A DNA stretch of 64,000 nt, from positions 19,783 to 83,782 of the forward strand of contig JAWXCN010000098.1 of assembly GCA_034408725.1 (NCBI GenBank), read 5' to 3'. The notes below the pieces were generated by a model. The model did no database searches, was not told the DNA's origin, and was given only the letters and a program-made list of their open reading frames with translations. Shown one piece after another: positions 29,664-38,275 of the stretch; the first letter of the stretch is position 1, and the number at the start of each line of letters is the position of its first letter. The position numbers and the translations under genes were made by a program. Source of the DNA: Candidatus Hydrogenedentota bacterium (GTDB lineage Bacteria > Hydrogenedentota > Hydrogenedentia > Hydrogenedentales > SLHB01).

Positions 29664-30725
29664 ATGCGAGTTATTCTCCGACCCATTTTCTTATTTGCCA
29701 TAACTCTCTCTGCCGCAATCGCAAACGACGGCCCATTCCTCGCCGTGCCCGCGGGGGGCATCCATTTTCAAAAAACCGACGCCATCAGCATGGACAAGGA
29801 AGATCTCTTCATCAGCGAAGACAAAATCCGCGTCGCCTACGTCTTCCGCAACACCACCGCCGAAGACTTCACCACCGAAGTTGCGTTCCCGCTACCCATC
29901 TACAGTCTCGATGAATTCGAAGGCATGAAACCCGCCTATGCAAATTTTAGCGTGAAGGTCAATAACAAACTGGTCGAGTTCCGTACCATCGAACGCGCCG
30001 TGCTCTGCAAACCCCAGGAAAAGGAATGGGCCGCGCCCGCGCGCGGACAGTGGAGCCCCGACAAGGACATCACCGACGCGCTCACGAATCACAACATGCC
30101 TGTTGGCGAACCCGAAAAGGTATGGGAGGCCATTGATAATCTCTCAGACGAAGCGCTCGCCGACCTCGTCGCCGCGGGCGCGATTGTCGAAGACTACGAA
30201 GTGCGCGTGCCGAAGTGGAAAGTGCAGACCGCGTACGTGTGGAAACAGACATTCCCCGTGAACGCGGAATTGCGCGTCGAACACGAGTACGAGCCGCAGA
30301 TTGGTTATTTTCAAGAGTGGCATCTCGAGCCGTTTGTCGATGAAGTCTATGCAGGAAAAATGGAATTGGACGCAGTCCCAAAATTCGGCACCGCCGAATT
30401 CAACGCGAAGTCCGCCCCGTTCCTGAAACAGTACGACATCGATCAAGGGGTACTGGGGTGGGCCGAAAAGCAGCGTGCCGCAAAAAAACGCTTCAGTTTC
30501 ACAGTCGTAAATTACATCCTCACCACCGCCGCGTATTGGAAAGGGCCCATCAAGGAATTCACATTGACGATTGAAAAGCCGCAGACACAGGAGCCGGTAG
30601 CGGTGTCAACCGCGGTAGATGGATTGAAAAAAATCGATGAGCGGCGCTTCAGCGTCACGCGCAAAGATTTCGTGCCGGAGAAGGATCTGTCCGTCGTGTT
30701 TATCCACGCATATGAGGAGTTCTAA
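29664..30725 (+). CDS. Secreted DUF4424-family protein
   Basis: Signal peptide; GGIHF...ISMDKEDLFIS..IRVAYVFRN...VAFPLP, YILTTAAYWKGPIKEFTL. Confidence 0.8.
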   Translation: MRVILRPIFLFAITLSAAIANDGPFLAVPAGGIHFQKTDAISMDKEDLFISEDKIRVAYVFRNTTAEDFTTEVAFPLPIYSLDEFEGMKPAYANFSVKVNNKLVEFRTIERAVLCKPQEKEWAAPARGQWSPDKDITDALTNHNMPVGEPEKVWEAIDNLSDEALADLVAAGAIVEDYEVRVPKWKVQTAYVWKQTFPVNAELRVEHEYEPQIGYFQEWHLEPFVDEVYAGKMELDAVPKFGTAEFNAKSAPFLKQYDIDQGVLGWAEKQRAAKKRFSFTVVNYILTTAAYWKGPIKEFTLTIEKPQTQEPVAVSTAVDGLKKIDERRFSVTRKDFVPEKDLSVVFIHAYEEF

Positions 30726-30774
30726 CCCTAATTCGCCTCAACTCGTTAAGCAGAAATCCTCAACCTAAGCGAAC

Positions 30775-30935
30775 GCGGATTCAAAGTCTAAATGCACCGG
30801 CCTTGCCGCTGCCGGGGCATTTAGACCTTGAATCCGCAAAGTCCCCCTTTGAAGGGGGGTAGGGGGGATGTGAATTGCGCATAGCGTCCGGGGACAGCCA
30901 CCTCCATCCAAAACGCGATGCCGGTGACAGTCCCC
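30775..30935. repeat. Cluster of three palindromic elements (30775-30837; family B 30839-30870; family A 30890-30935)
   Basis: GCGGATTCAAAGTCTAAATGC / GCATTTAGACCTTGAATCCGC stem, followed by family B and A copies. Confidence 0.8.
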
Positions 30936-30939
30936 TCGG

Positions 30940-32880
30940 TTACTTCGGTACCTGTTCTTCTTCGGGTATTTCGATTGTCACACGCTTCGGTTTATCCCCG
31001 AAGTGTGTCGGCGTGCCGGTGTAAATGGCGTCGTTCATCCAAGCGAATTTACCGTCCGCATACGCGCTGGACACCTTATTCAGCACGCGATTGTGATTGC
31101 GCGAGACCTGTCGGAAGTTGCGTTCGATCCGTTCACGCGCCGACGCGCACAGGTAATCCACGAGATTCTGCAGATCTTCATCGTTTGGGTTCCTCGACAG
31201 CAACCGTTCCGCGCGCGCCAAACTCGCGGACATCGCAAACAGGTCGGTGCCGATATCGACGAAGCACGCGAGGATGAGTTGCTCAAATTCCAGTTTCGGT
31301 CCGAACTTGGCCATCGTATGGAACATCGTTCGCGCAAGACGTTTGCTCGCACGGCCAATATAGTTGAGGTGCTCACGGTTCGCGGACGATAGATGTTTCG
31401 CGTCGTGACCGCCGCCCGCGGGCAACCAGGTCTTCGGATACCACGTAAGGTAGAACTTCGCGGCGCTGATGATCGCCTGAGTTTTGCTTTCCTTCTGTCC
31501 CGGCTTCGGCATGAGTATCGGCATCACCCGCCGCATGTGCATGTCCATTGCTTCGCGCGCGATGAACAGTTGCATGATTTCGCTCGTGCCTTCGATGATG
31601 CGCGAAATGCGCGCATTGCGCATCGACATTTCCACCGCAAACGGTTTCTCACCGCGCGCGCGAAGCGAAGCCGCGGTTTCGAAGCCGCGCCCGCCGCGCA
31701 CCTGCAACACGTCATCGCAAACCTTCCACGCGGTTTCCGTGCAGAAGTATTTCGCCATCGCCGACTCGAGACGGATGTCCGCGTCGCCCCGCTCAGCCAA
31801 CGCGCACGCAAGATCGTTGATACTTTCCATGGCGAACGTCGCCGCGGCAGTGTCGGCAAGTTTCTTGCCCACGGCCTGATGCTTGTAAATCGGCGCGCCC
31901 CATTGCACGCGCTCGTTCACCCAGTCGCGCAGGTGGTGCATTGCTGCCTTGCCACCGCCCGCGCATGTCGCCGGCACCGTCAAGCGGCCGGTGTTCAATG
32001 TGGTGAGCGCAATCTTCAGCCCTTCTCCCGTCTTGCCGATGAGGTTTTCCGCGGGCACCTTCACGTTCGTAAAACGGAGCAGCCCGTTGCGGATGCCGCG
32101 CACGCCCATGAACCGGCACACATGCACAACTTCAAAGCCCGGCGTATCCGTCTCGACGACAAACGCGGAGATTTGTTTCTTTTCCTTGCCATTGACGATC
32201 TTCGGAGGCGTCACCGCCATCACCACGAGCAGTTCCGCGACAGGGCCATTCGTACACCACAATTTTTCGCCGTTGAGCAGATAGTACGAACCGTCTTCCG
32301 AAGGCGTTGCGGTCGTGGCCATCTTCGCGGGATCGGAACCCACGCTGGGCTCCGTCAACGCAAATGCCGACATCGCGCCTTTCGCGAGGCGCGGCATGAA
32401 CTTGTCCTTCTGCGCCTTTGTCCCGAACAGCTTCAACGGCTGCGGCACGCCGATGCTGAGGTGCGAACTGATGTACACCGAAGTCGAGGCGCAGTACGAC
32501 GCGATGTACGCGACGATGCGGTTGTAATTCGTCTGCGACATGCCAAGGCCGCCGTACTCTTTCGATATTTTGATTCCGAAACAGCCGATGTCCGCCAGCG
32601 CGCGCAATGCCTCGCGCGGCACTTCCTCCTCGCGATCAACCTTCTCCGGGTCGATGTACTTCTCCATCACGACACGGACTTTTTCCATGTACTCGTCGCC
32701 GATGCGCTTGTCCTCCGGGTCCTGTTCGGGGAACGGGCTTATCAGTTCCCATCGGAAGTTTCCTTTGAACAGTTCCGCGACAAAACTCGGGTGGTCCCAG
32801 GATGTTTGACGCGAATCTTCGGCGAGATCCATGGCAGCTTTTTTTTCATGCTCGTGGGAGTTCATGGAGGTCTTCCTCAT
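30940..32880 (-). CDS. Acyl-CoA dehydrogenase (long, VLCAD-like)
   Basis: FALTEPSVGSD, LNGEKLWCTNG, GGRGFE, IIEGTSEI. Confidence 0.95.
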   Translation of the reverse strand: MRKTSMNSHEHEKKAAMDLAEDSRQTSWDHPSFVAELFKGNFRWELISPFPEQDPEDKRIGDEYMEKVRVVMEKYIDPEKVDREEEVPREALRALADIGCFGIKISKEYGGLGMSQTNYNRIVAYIASYCASTSVYISSHLSIGVPQPLKLFGTKAQKDKFMPRLAKGAMSAFALTEPSVGSDPAKMATTATPSEDGSYYLLNGEKLWCTNGPVAELLVVMAVTPPKIVNGKEKKQISAFVVETDTPGFEVVHVCRFMGVRGIRNGLLRFTNVKVPAENLIGKTGEGLKIALTTLNTGRLTVPATCAGGGKAAMHHLRDWVNERVQWGAPIYKHQAVGKKLADTAAATFAMESINDLACALAERGDADIRLESAMAKYFCTETAWKVCDDVLQVRGGRGFETAASLRARGEKPFAVEMSMRNARISRIIEGTSEIMQLFIAREAMDMHMRRVMPILMPKPGQKESKTQAIISAAKFYLTWYPKTWLPAGGGHDAKHLSSANREHLNYIGRASKRLARTMFHTMAKFGPKLEFEQLILACFVDIGTDLFAMSASLARAERLLSRNPNDEDLQNLVDYLCASARERIERNFRQVSRNHNRVLNKVSSAYADGKFAWMNDAIYTGTPTHFGDKPKRVTIEIPEEEQVPK

Positions 32881-33062
32881 GGTTGCCGCAAGCCAGCGGG
32901 TAATACTACCTACTATTCAGTAGGTTTAGTCTATCCAAGAACTCCGCGCGTGTCAACGGATTCCACGCGCTCGGGTTAAGACCTTGAATCAGGTCCAGTC
33001 CAACGGTAAGATTTTGCCTTTAGTGTGTGCATTTTGTGCTGTCCGAAAAGGAGTTATGGGAT

Positions 33063-34433
33063 ATGGCTGAGGTACGCGGATTTCGCGCGTTTCGATTTGA
33101 TAAGGCGGTTGTCGGCAACCTGGACAACGCCATTACGCCCCCATTCGACGTCATCAGCGACGAGGAACGCGAGATTCTGGCGGCGCGGGGGCCGCACAAC
33201 TATGTGCACGTGATCCTGCCCCATGACCGGGATGGACAGAGCAAGTACGAGGTGGCTGCGGACATTTTCGAAAAGTGGATCGCCGATGGCGCATTGAAGC
33301 AGGACGACGCGGATTCGTTCTACCTGCTGGAGCAGACCTTCACCGGGCTCGACGGCCAGGAGCATGTGCGGCGCGGATTTCTGGGTGTGGCGAAAATTCC
33401 AGAGCCGGGCGAGGACACAGTGCTCGGGCACGAGCGGACGTTCGACTGGAAGGTTACGGACCGGCTGGCGTTGACCGGCACGACCAAGGCGAATCTCGGC
33501 GCGGTGTTTGTCCTTTACGAGGATGAGCAGCACGCACTCGCGAATTTTCTCGGTCAGATGGAGAAGCGCGAGCCGGACATGGTCGCAACGACCATCGACG
33601 GCGTGAAGCAGCGCGTCTGGCGGGTTGCCGCTGACTCGGCGGTGACGAAGTTTTTTGACGGGAAGAAGCTTTATATTGCGGACGGACACCACCGGTACCG
33701 CACCGCGCACACGTATCGCGACAAGATGCGGCTTGCCGAAAGAGGGAACATCCCCCTAAATCCCCCTTCAAAGGGGGACTTAAGAGGGAACGAGCCAACG
33801 TCGAAGGGTGAATTAAGTGGGGCGCAGGGTGAATCAAGAGGCGGCGATCCGGTGTCGAAGGGGGACTCGATACCGCGATACGAGTATGTGCTGATGGGTT
33901 TCATCTCGCTGGATGATCCCGGCCTGTTCGTGTATCCCGCGCACCGCGTCGTGGATGCGCCCGCAGGGTTCAACGAAGCGCAGTTCTTGAAATCACTGGA
34001 GCCGTGGTTCGAAGTGTTGCCGGTCGACGGCGATCTGAATGCGCACGTGCAGGATGAGTTGGACTCCGCCATCGGCGTCGCGTTCAAATCCGGCAAACAT
34101 TACGTGCTGCGCCTGCGCGAAATCGACCGCACGGCACTCCTCGGCGCCGAACACGGTCCCGCATGGCGCGCGCTGGACGTCGCCGTCCTACACGGCGGCA
34201 TCCTCGAACGCATCCTCAACTACGCCCCCGACGCCCAACACATCTACGAAAAAGACCCGCGCGTCGCCCTCGACCTCGTCGCCTCCGGCAAAAAAGACAT
34301 GACCTTTATCCTCCGCAACATGCAACCGGAACAGGTCTGCGCCTGTGCCGAAGCCCGCGAATCCATGCCGCAGAAGGCGACGTACTTTTTCCCGAAGCTG
34401 CCATCCGGCGCCGCGATACACATGCTGATGTAG
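33063..34433 (+). CDS. DUF1015 family protein with internal repeat-derived insertion
   Basis: PPFDVIS, HERT, IADGHHRY, MPQKATYFFPK. Confidence 0.9.
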   Translation: MAEVRGFRAFRFDKAVVGNLDNAITPPFDVISDEEREILAARGPHNYVHVILPHDRDGQSKYEVAADIFEKWIADGALKQDDADSFYLLEQTFTGLDGQEHVRRGFLGVAKIPEPGEDTVLGHERTFDWKVTDRLALTGTTKANLGAVFVLYEDEQHALANFLGQMEKREPDMVATTIDGVKQRVWRVAADSAVTKFFDGKKLYIADGHHRYRTAHTYRDKMRLAERGNIPLNPPSKGDLRGNEPTSKGELSGAQGESRGGDPVSKGDSIPRYEYVLMGFISLDDPGLFVYPAHRVVDAPAGFNEAQFLKSLEPWFEVLPVDGDLNAHVQDELDSAIGVAFKSGKHYVLRLREIDRTALLGAEHGPAWRALDVAVLHGGILERILNYAPDAQHIYEKDPRVALDLVASGKKDMTFILRNMQPEQVCACAEARESMPQKATYFFPKLPSGAAIHMLM

Positions 34434-34587
34434 CGCTGAATTCCGATTCGGCGCACGTCGCGTAGGATCACTTCGAAATGCAATAATCCCGAAACGAAGG
34501 GTTTGCTAAGAGTAGGCTATGGTGTTTTCCGGAGGCATTGCTCGTTACGCGGCGTATCGGAATGGGAGGCCGTCCGTTGGTGATTCC

Positions 34588-34636
34588 TCGTTACGAAATT
34601 TCCATTTCGTAACGCACTCTTGACAAGCTCCGCTTT
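34588..34636. repeat. REP-like hairpin flanking RAYT pseudogene
   Basis: CGTTACGAAAT-TTCC-ATTTCGTAACG stem; a partial inverted counterpart lies at about 35203-35230. Confidence 0.65.
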
Positions 34637-34656
34637 GGTCTTTCGACTTGGTCGGC

Positions 34657-35185
34657 TCACCGCCCCAACTCATCAATCTCCATAACCGAATGATCCCCCA
34701 ACATATAATTCCTTGCCGACGAATACCGCCAATGCTCTGGCGCATCCACATACCCCCGCCGGACCGGGTTATTATGGATGTACTCCATCTTCTGATTCAG
34801 CATGTCATCATCAACAATCAACTGCGGATGCGCGCCCTCCTGCCAGACTGATGCCGGCTCGCGTCTTTGTACCGCTTCTTGTACAACATGAATTGATTCA
34901 ACAACCCTCGTCGCCCCGACGCCTCCGCCAGCGCGACGATCTCCATCGCTGTAAACCCCTTGAACGCCCGCATGACCCCACTCAAATCTGGTGCGCCCGC
35001 GACCAGGTGCAAATGGTTCTCCATGATCACGTAAGCGTACAACCGCAAGCCTTTATTTGCGCGACAGAACGAGAGCGAATCAATGATCACGTCGAAGTAC
35101 GGCCGGGATTGGAATACAGGTAACCATTCGACGATGGTGCACGTGAGAAAGTAGACGCGTCTACGATACGATAGCGGGAGCGCAT
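34657..35185 (-). pseudogene. REP-associated tyrosine transposase (RAYT, IS200-like HUH), two frameshifts
   Basis: MRSRYRI /shift/ VYFLTCTIVEWLPVF...AYVIMENHLHLV...HQ /shift/ WQEGAHP...YIHNNPVRRGYVDAPEHWRYSSA. Confidence 0.9.
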
Positions 35186-35229
35186 GAGGGGAAAATATAT
35201 GTCAAAGCAAAGCTTTTCAAGAGCGCGTT

Positions 35230-35415
35230 ATGCAAACCTTCACCGAAGCCATGCACCTCGCCCATGCATCGAGACTGGAGCTGTTGAGGCCGTCGAGATT
35301 GGGCCCTACGGACAGCTCGTCAGAGGCGGCGGCAGCGGCGGAACACGCAGCATAAATTACTGTATTCGTAACCAACACCAAAGGGATACTGTCAACTCAA
35401 GTATTGTTCAGGACA
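35230..35415 (+). mobile_element. Probable 3' remnant of an IS481-family element
   Basis: MQTFTEAMHLA resembles IS481-family C-termini (TPMQTF); 26-bp TGTCAACTCAAGTATTGTTCAGGACA end (TGT...ACA) at 35390-35415. Confidence 0.55.
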
Positions 35416-35416
35416 G

Positions 35417-36193
35417 CTAAGCCTTTCGCCATTCGACTCTCTGTATTTTTATATCGGGAAACATATCTCCCAGCATTTCCTCTTGTGGCGACACCAGATT
35501 ATTAACTAATACCATGAACGGTTTCATAACTTTTGCGTCAAGACCAGAACCAAGTTTCCTAAAGGTTCGCGTGAAGGTAAAAGCGGCGGAATCGGCGACT
35601 TGAAGCAGCGCACATTCTGATTTATTCCAAAATATGGGGTTGTGAACTATTCTCTGGAATGGAAAATAAGTCGCCGACAAGGCGCTGCTAGCTTCGCTAT
35701 TAAGGACTTTGTGCTGGTCTCTTATTGCCTTGCGATAGCACGGAGTGTCTTCATACACCAGCATGCAGGTTTCACTACCCTGATTTCTCATATACGCTTC
35801 AATTGCCAGAGCACAACGCGCGGATGCCAACTTGAGCGCGTAAGCAATCCGTTCTTTTTCGTTGCCGATTCGTCTTAGGCGTCGATCAACCACACCCATC
35901 ACAACCGGCAAATTAAACTCTGCTATAATCGCAATCGTATCGTTAAGTAGGCCAAGCCTCTTGTCTTCTGAATAAATGTTCTTGTCAAATGTCCTATTAC
36001 CCCAAAGAATATCCGTCCCATGAAGCACAACATCATCGGACTGGACGGCGAAAAATGCCGTTTTTATCTCCGAGAGCCTGTGTTCGATTGCTTTCAATTG
36101 CGAGTCCATGTTGACGACCACACCAGCGATCACAACAAAGGGATCGTGCTCCAATTTGCCAAGCCCAGAGTCATCTAAAAAAGCAACTCGCAT
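35417..36193 (-). CDS. DUF3800-family protein, AT-richer than flanks
   Basis: N-terminal FLDDSG, FVVIAGV, LHGTDI, C-terminal LLQVADSAAF (QxAD). Confidence 0.8.
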   Translation of the reverse strand: MRVAFLDDSGLGKLEHDPFVVIAGVVVNMDSQLKAIEHRLSEIKTAFFAVQSDDVVLHGTDILWGNRTFDKNIYSEDKRLGLLNDTIAIIAEFNLPVVMGVVDRRLRRIGNEKERIAYALKLASARCALAIEAYMRNQGSETCMLVYEDTPCYRKAIRDQHKVLNSEASSALSATYFPFQRIVHNPIFWNKSECALLQVADSAAFTFTRTFRKLGSGLDAKVMKPFMVLVNNLVSPQEEMLGDMFPDIKIQRVEWRKA

Positions 36194-36286
36194 GAAGCTA
36201 TCCCCTAACAGTTCGCCACTGCCAAACGCGCGTAGCCACCTCATGCTTATACTCCCATATGCTAAGGGAGATGAGTAATTCCCGTG

Positions 36287-36853
36287 GTGACGAATCACGC
36301 ACCTTGTCGCCGAGCCCAGCGCGAAGATTCGCTAGCGAAAGCCCTGCGAGACGTGCATATGGTCTATGCGATGCGGTTCAATCTGGCCACGTCTGGTAGA
36401 GCCTATTCTACTCGCATCCGGTGGACGAATCGCGCCTGTGGGGCCGCCGTGCTACGTCGAACCTAGTATAATCCGCGTGGGCCTTGTATCTCATGCCGCG
36501 AACTATCCATGGCCTAGCAGTCCGTGGCAGAAGTAATTTTGATGCGTCCCGTCCCCCGGAAAAAAGGCGTTTTTCGATATCGAAATGGTCATTTTCGACT
36601 TCTGCCACGGGCTGCTAGTGCGAAGCCATATTGTGGCACGGCTGGGCGGAAAGGCTACAAACTGAGAACGAAGATTGATATGGCGCTCGTTCGCAACACC
36701 ACCCGAACGGGCCGCCCTTGTGTTGGAGAGCAATTTCTCCTCCAGATCGAAAATCTGCTTGGATGGGTCTTACGCCCAAAAAATGACGAGAGAAAACCCA
36801 AACCACCCTCGCAAGCAAACCCGCCAAAGAGGCTAATTCGTGTCTGGCCCTGA
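36287..36853 (+). pseudogene. Second, heavily decayed RAYT-type transposase interrupted by a MITE
   Basis: Fragments in order: TNH.HLVAEP, EDSLAKAL..VH..YAMRFN, SGHVW*..FYSHPVDE, YVE...RVGLV..AANYPWPSA, TRTGRP...LRPK..RKPK. Confidence 0.75.
36514..36618. mobile_element. MITE-like element (105 bp including flanking CTAG)
   Basis: 21-bp terminal inverted repeats with one mismatch; removal restores codons Y-P-W-P-S-A-K-P-Y-C-G. Confidence 0.8.
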
Positions 36854-37000
36854 ATTCATCACGCCCGCTCCCCGTCGGCCGACCCAGAAAGGACCAACCC
36901 ACATAGGTGGCTGCTGTCCCCAAAAAATCACGCACGCCATGGGTGGCGTGTTGACTGGCTCCAAAACCCATGCTACCCTAAAAGTTTGGGGACACATCTA

Positions 37001-38020
37001 ATGAACCAAGAGACTAAACGCCAGTCCCACGAGCTCACACCGGAGTTTTCGCCTCCAGAATCAGTTGAGCAAACCAGTAATTCGACTGAAGACCAAGAAT
37101 ACTTACTCTGGGCTCTTTTTGGCGCTGTAGTCGTATGTGTTTTCGTATTTATTACATTTATCTCTGCATCTATAAAAAGCCAAAGCAGCATTCACGTGGA
37201 TTCCGCTCAACAAATTCTTTCTCAGCCTCAACCAGCTATTTCTCCTCCTTCCATTGGCGACGACGTGCAAGTAGGTGACATGCGATGGAGAGTAACTGAG
37301 GTAGTTGAGTTGGGGCCGCAAATTGGAGATCCGAAATCAGTCTTGGGTTCTCTAACGGCAGAAACTACGTCCGGTAGGTTTGTTGGGGTTAGGTTTGAAG
37401 TCCAAAATAATGGAGATAAACCAAAAGACTTTAGTTTCCACCACCTTAAAATAATCGATAGTCTTGGTCGTGAATTTGAGGCATCAGGCAGTGGATTTAA
37501 AACTCTAAATCCAACAATAAAAATTAGCAGTGAAGTAAAATTTGAAGTTGCAAAAGAGTCCGTAGATTTAAAACTTAAAGTAGATAATCTTCACTTCTTT
37601 CTCGATAGGAAAGAGACTGTTATTGATCTTGCGCAAGCTTCTACAACGGTAAGCAGCATTGCTACACCTTCTGTCGCGCCGAATTTAAAGACGCTGAAAG
37701 TTCGCGGAATCTCTATAGACTATTCAAGTATGCCAATTGTCAAGATAAACATTGAAATCACGAATAACTCGGATAAGCTCATCGATTCCTGGGCTCTTGA
37801 TGGATCACTTTTGGACGCCGCTGGCAATGTAGTGGCAAGTAATATCTTGCGGGATAACGATCTTAAGCCAGGGGAGCCGATATACAAGCAATTGCTTTTT
37901 GTTAGAAGCGATTTTAGTCGCTCCGTTTCTTGGAAACCGAGTATCTTTTCGCTAGCAACGAAGAACGCATCGGGCCAGCTCAAGGACATCAGTGGGCAAT
38001 ACAAAATAGATTTTCAATGA
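37001..38020 (+). CDS. AT-rich membrane-anchored protein, DUF4352-like Ig-fold plus second beta domain
   Basis: One TM helix; IGDDVQVG...GRFVGVRFEVQNNG...IIDSLGREFE; C-terminal ITNNSDK...LLDAAGNVV. Confidence 0.65.
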   Translation: MNQETKRQSHELTPEFSPPESVEQTSNSTEDQEYLLWALFGAVVVCVFVFITFISASIKSQSSIHVDSAQQILSQPQPAISPPSIGDDVQVGDMRWRVTEVVELGPQIGDPKSVLGSLTAETTSGRFVGVRFEVQNNGDKPKDFSFHHLKIIDSLGREFEASGSGFKTLNPTIKISSEVKFEVAKESVDLKLKVDNLHFFLDRKETVIDLAQASTTVSSIATPSVAPNLKTLKVRGISIDYSSMPIVKINIEITNNSDKLIDSWALDGSLLDAAGNVVASNILRDNDLKPGEPIYKQLLFVRSDFSRSVSWKPSIFSLATKNASGQLKDISGQYKIDFQ

Positions 38021-38102
38021 TTCACTTTGTCTGTAATGCGGGCCTTAATTACCACGCAAAATTGATCAAAGTAGTAGAAATATAAGTCCCCGAGGGATAT
38101 CC

Positions 38103-38192
38103 ATTACGCCACTCACCGCGGACAAAAGGCATGCGCATACGACCAACTACGCAGTGCTGAAACAGCGTGGAATTGGTGCTGTCATTCCCTCT
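38103..38192 (+). mobile_element. Short DDE transposase fragment (IS1182/IS5-like)
   Basis: LTADKRHAHTTNYAVLKQRGIGAVIP resembles the ADxGY...L...GI.A.IP region. Confidence 0.5.
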
Positions 38193-38275
38193 TGGCCATT
38201 TCCTTCGTGACGGGACACGCTGTCCCTGTTTATTCACCTACGCCTAGCTCCCCGCCTAAAATCAATCGAACAAGC

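Noticed and set aside
31393..32979. 528-aa plus-strand ORF
   Set aside because: Antisense shadow of acyl-CoA dehydrogenase; typical of high-GC DNA, with no motifs.
35278..35323. Minus-strand CTGACGA next to a hairpin, resembling a hammerhead ribozyme core or a DUF3800-associated RNA
   Set aside because: No GAAA follows the stem, and the segment is better explained as an IS481-like coding remnant.
36287..36990. Long apparently non-coding region upstream of DUF3800 as a structured ncRNA or array
   Set aside because: It translates piecewise into a decayed RAYT plus a MITE; the apparent direct repeats are weak.
38192..38275. TTG start giving a complete 390-aa fucosidase
   Set aside because: These 28 codons show no GH29 similarity or signal peptide; truncation is more likely.
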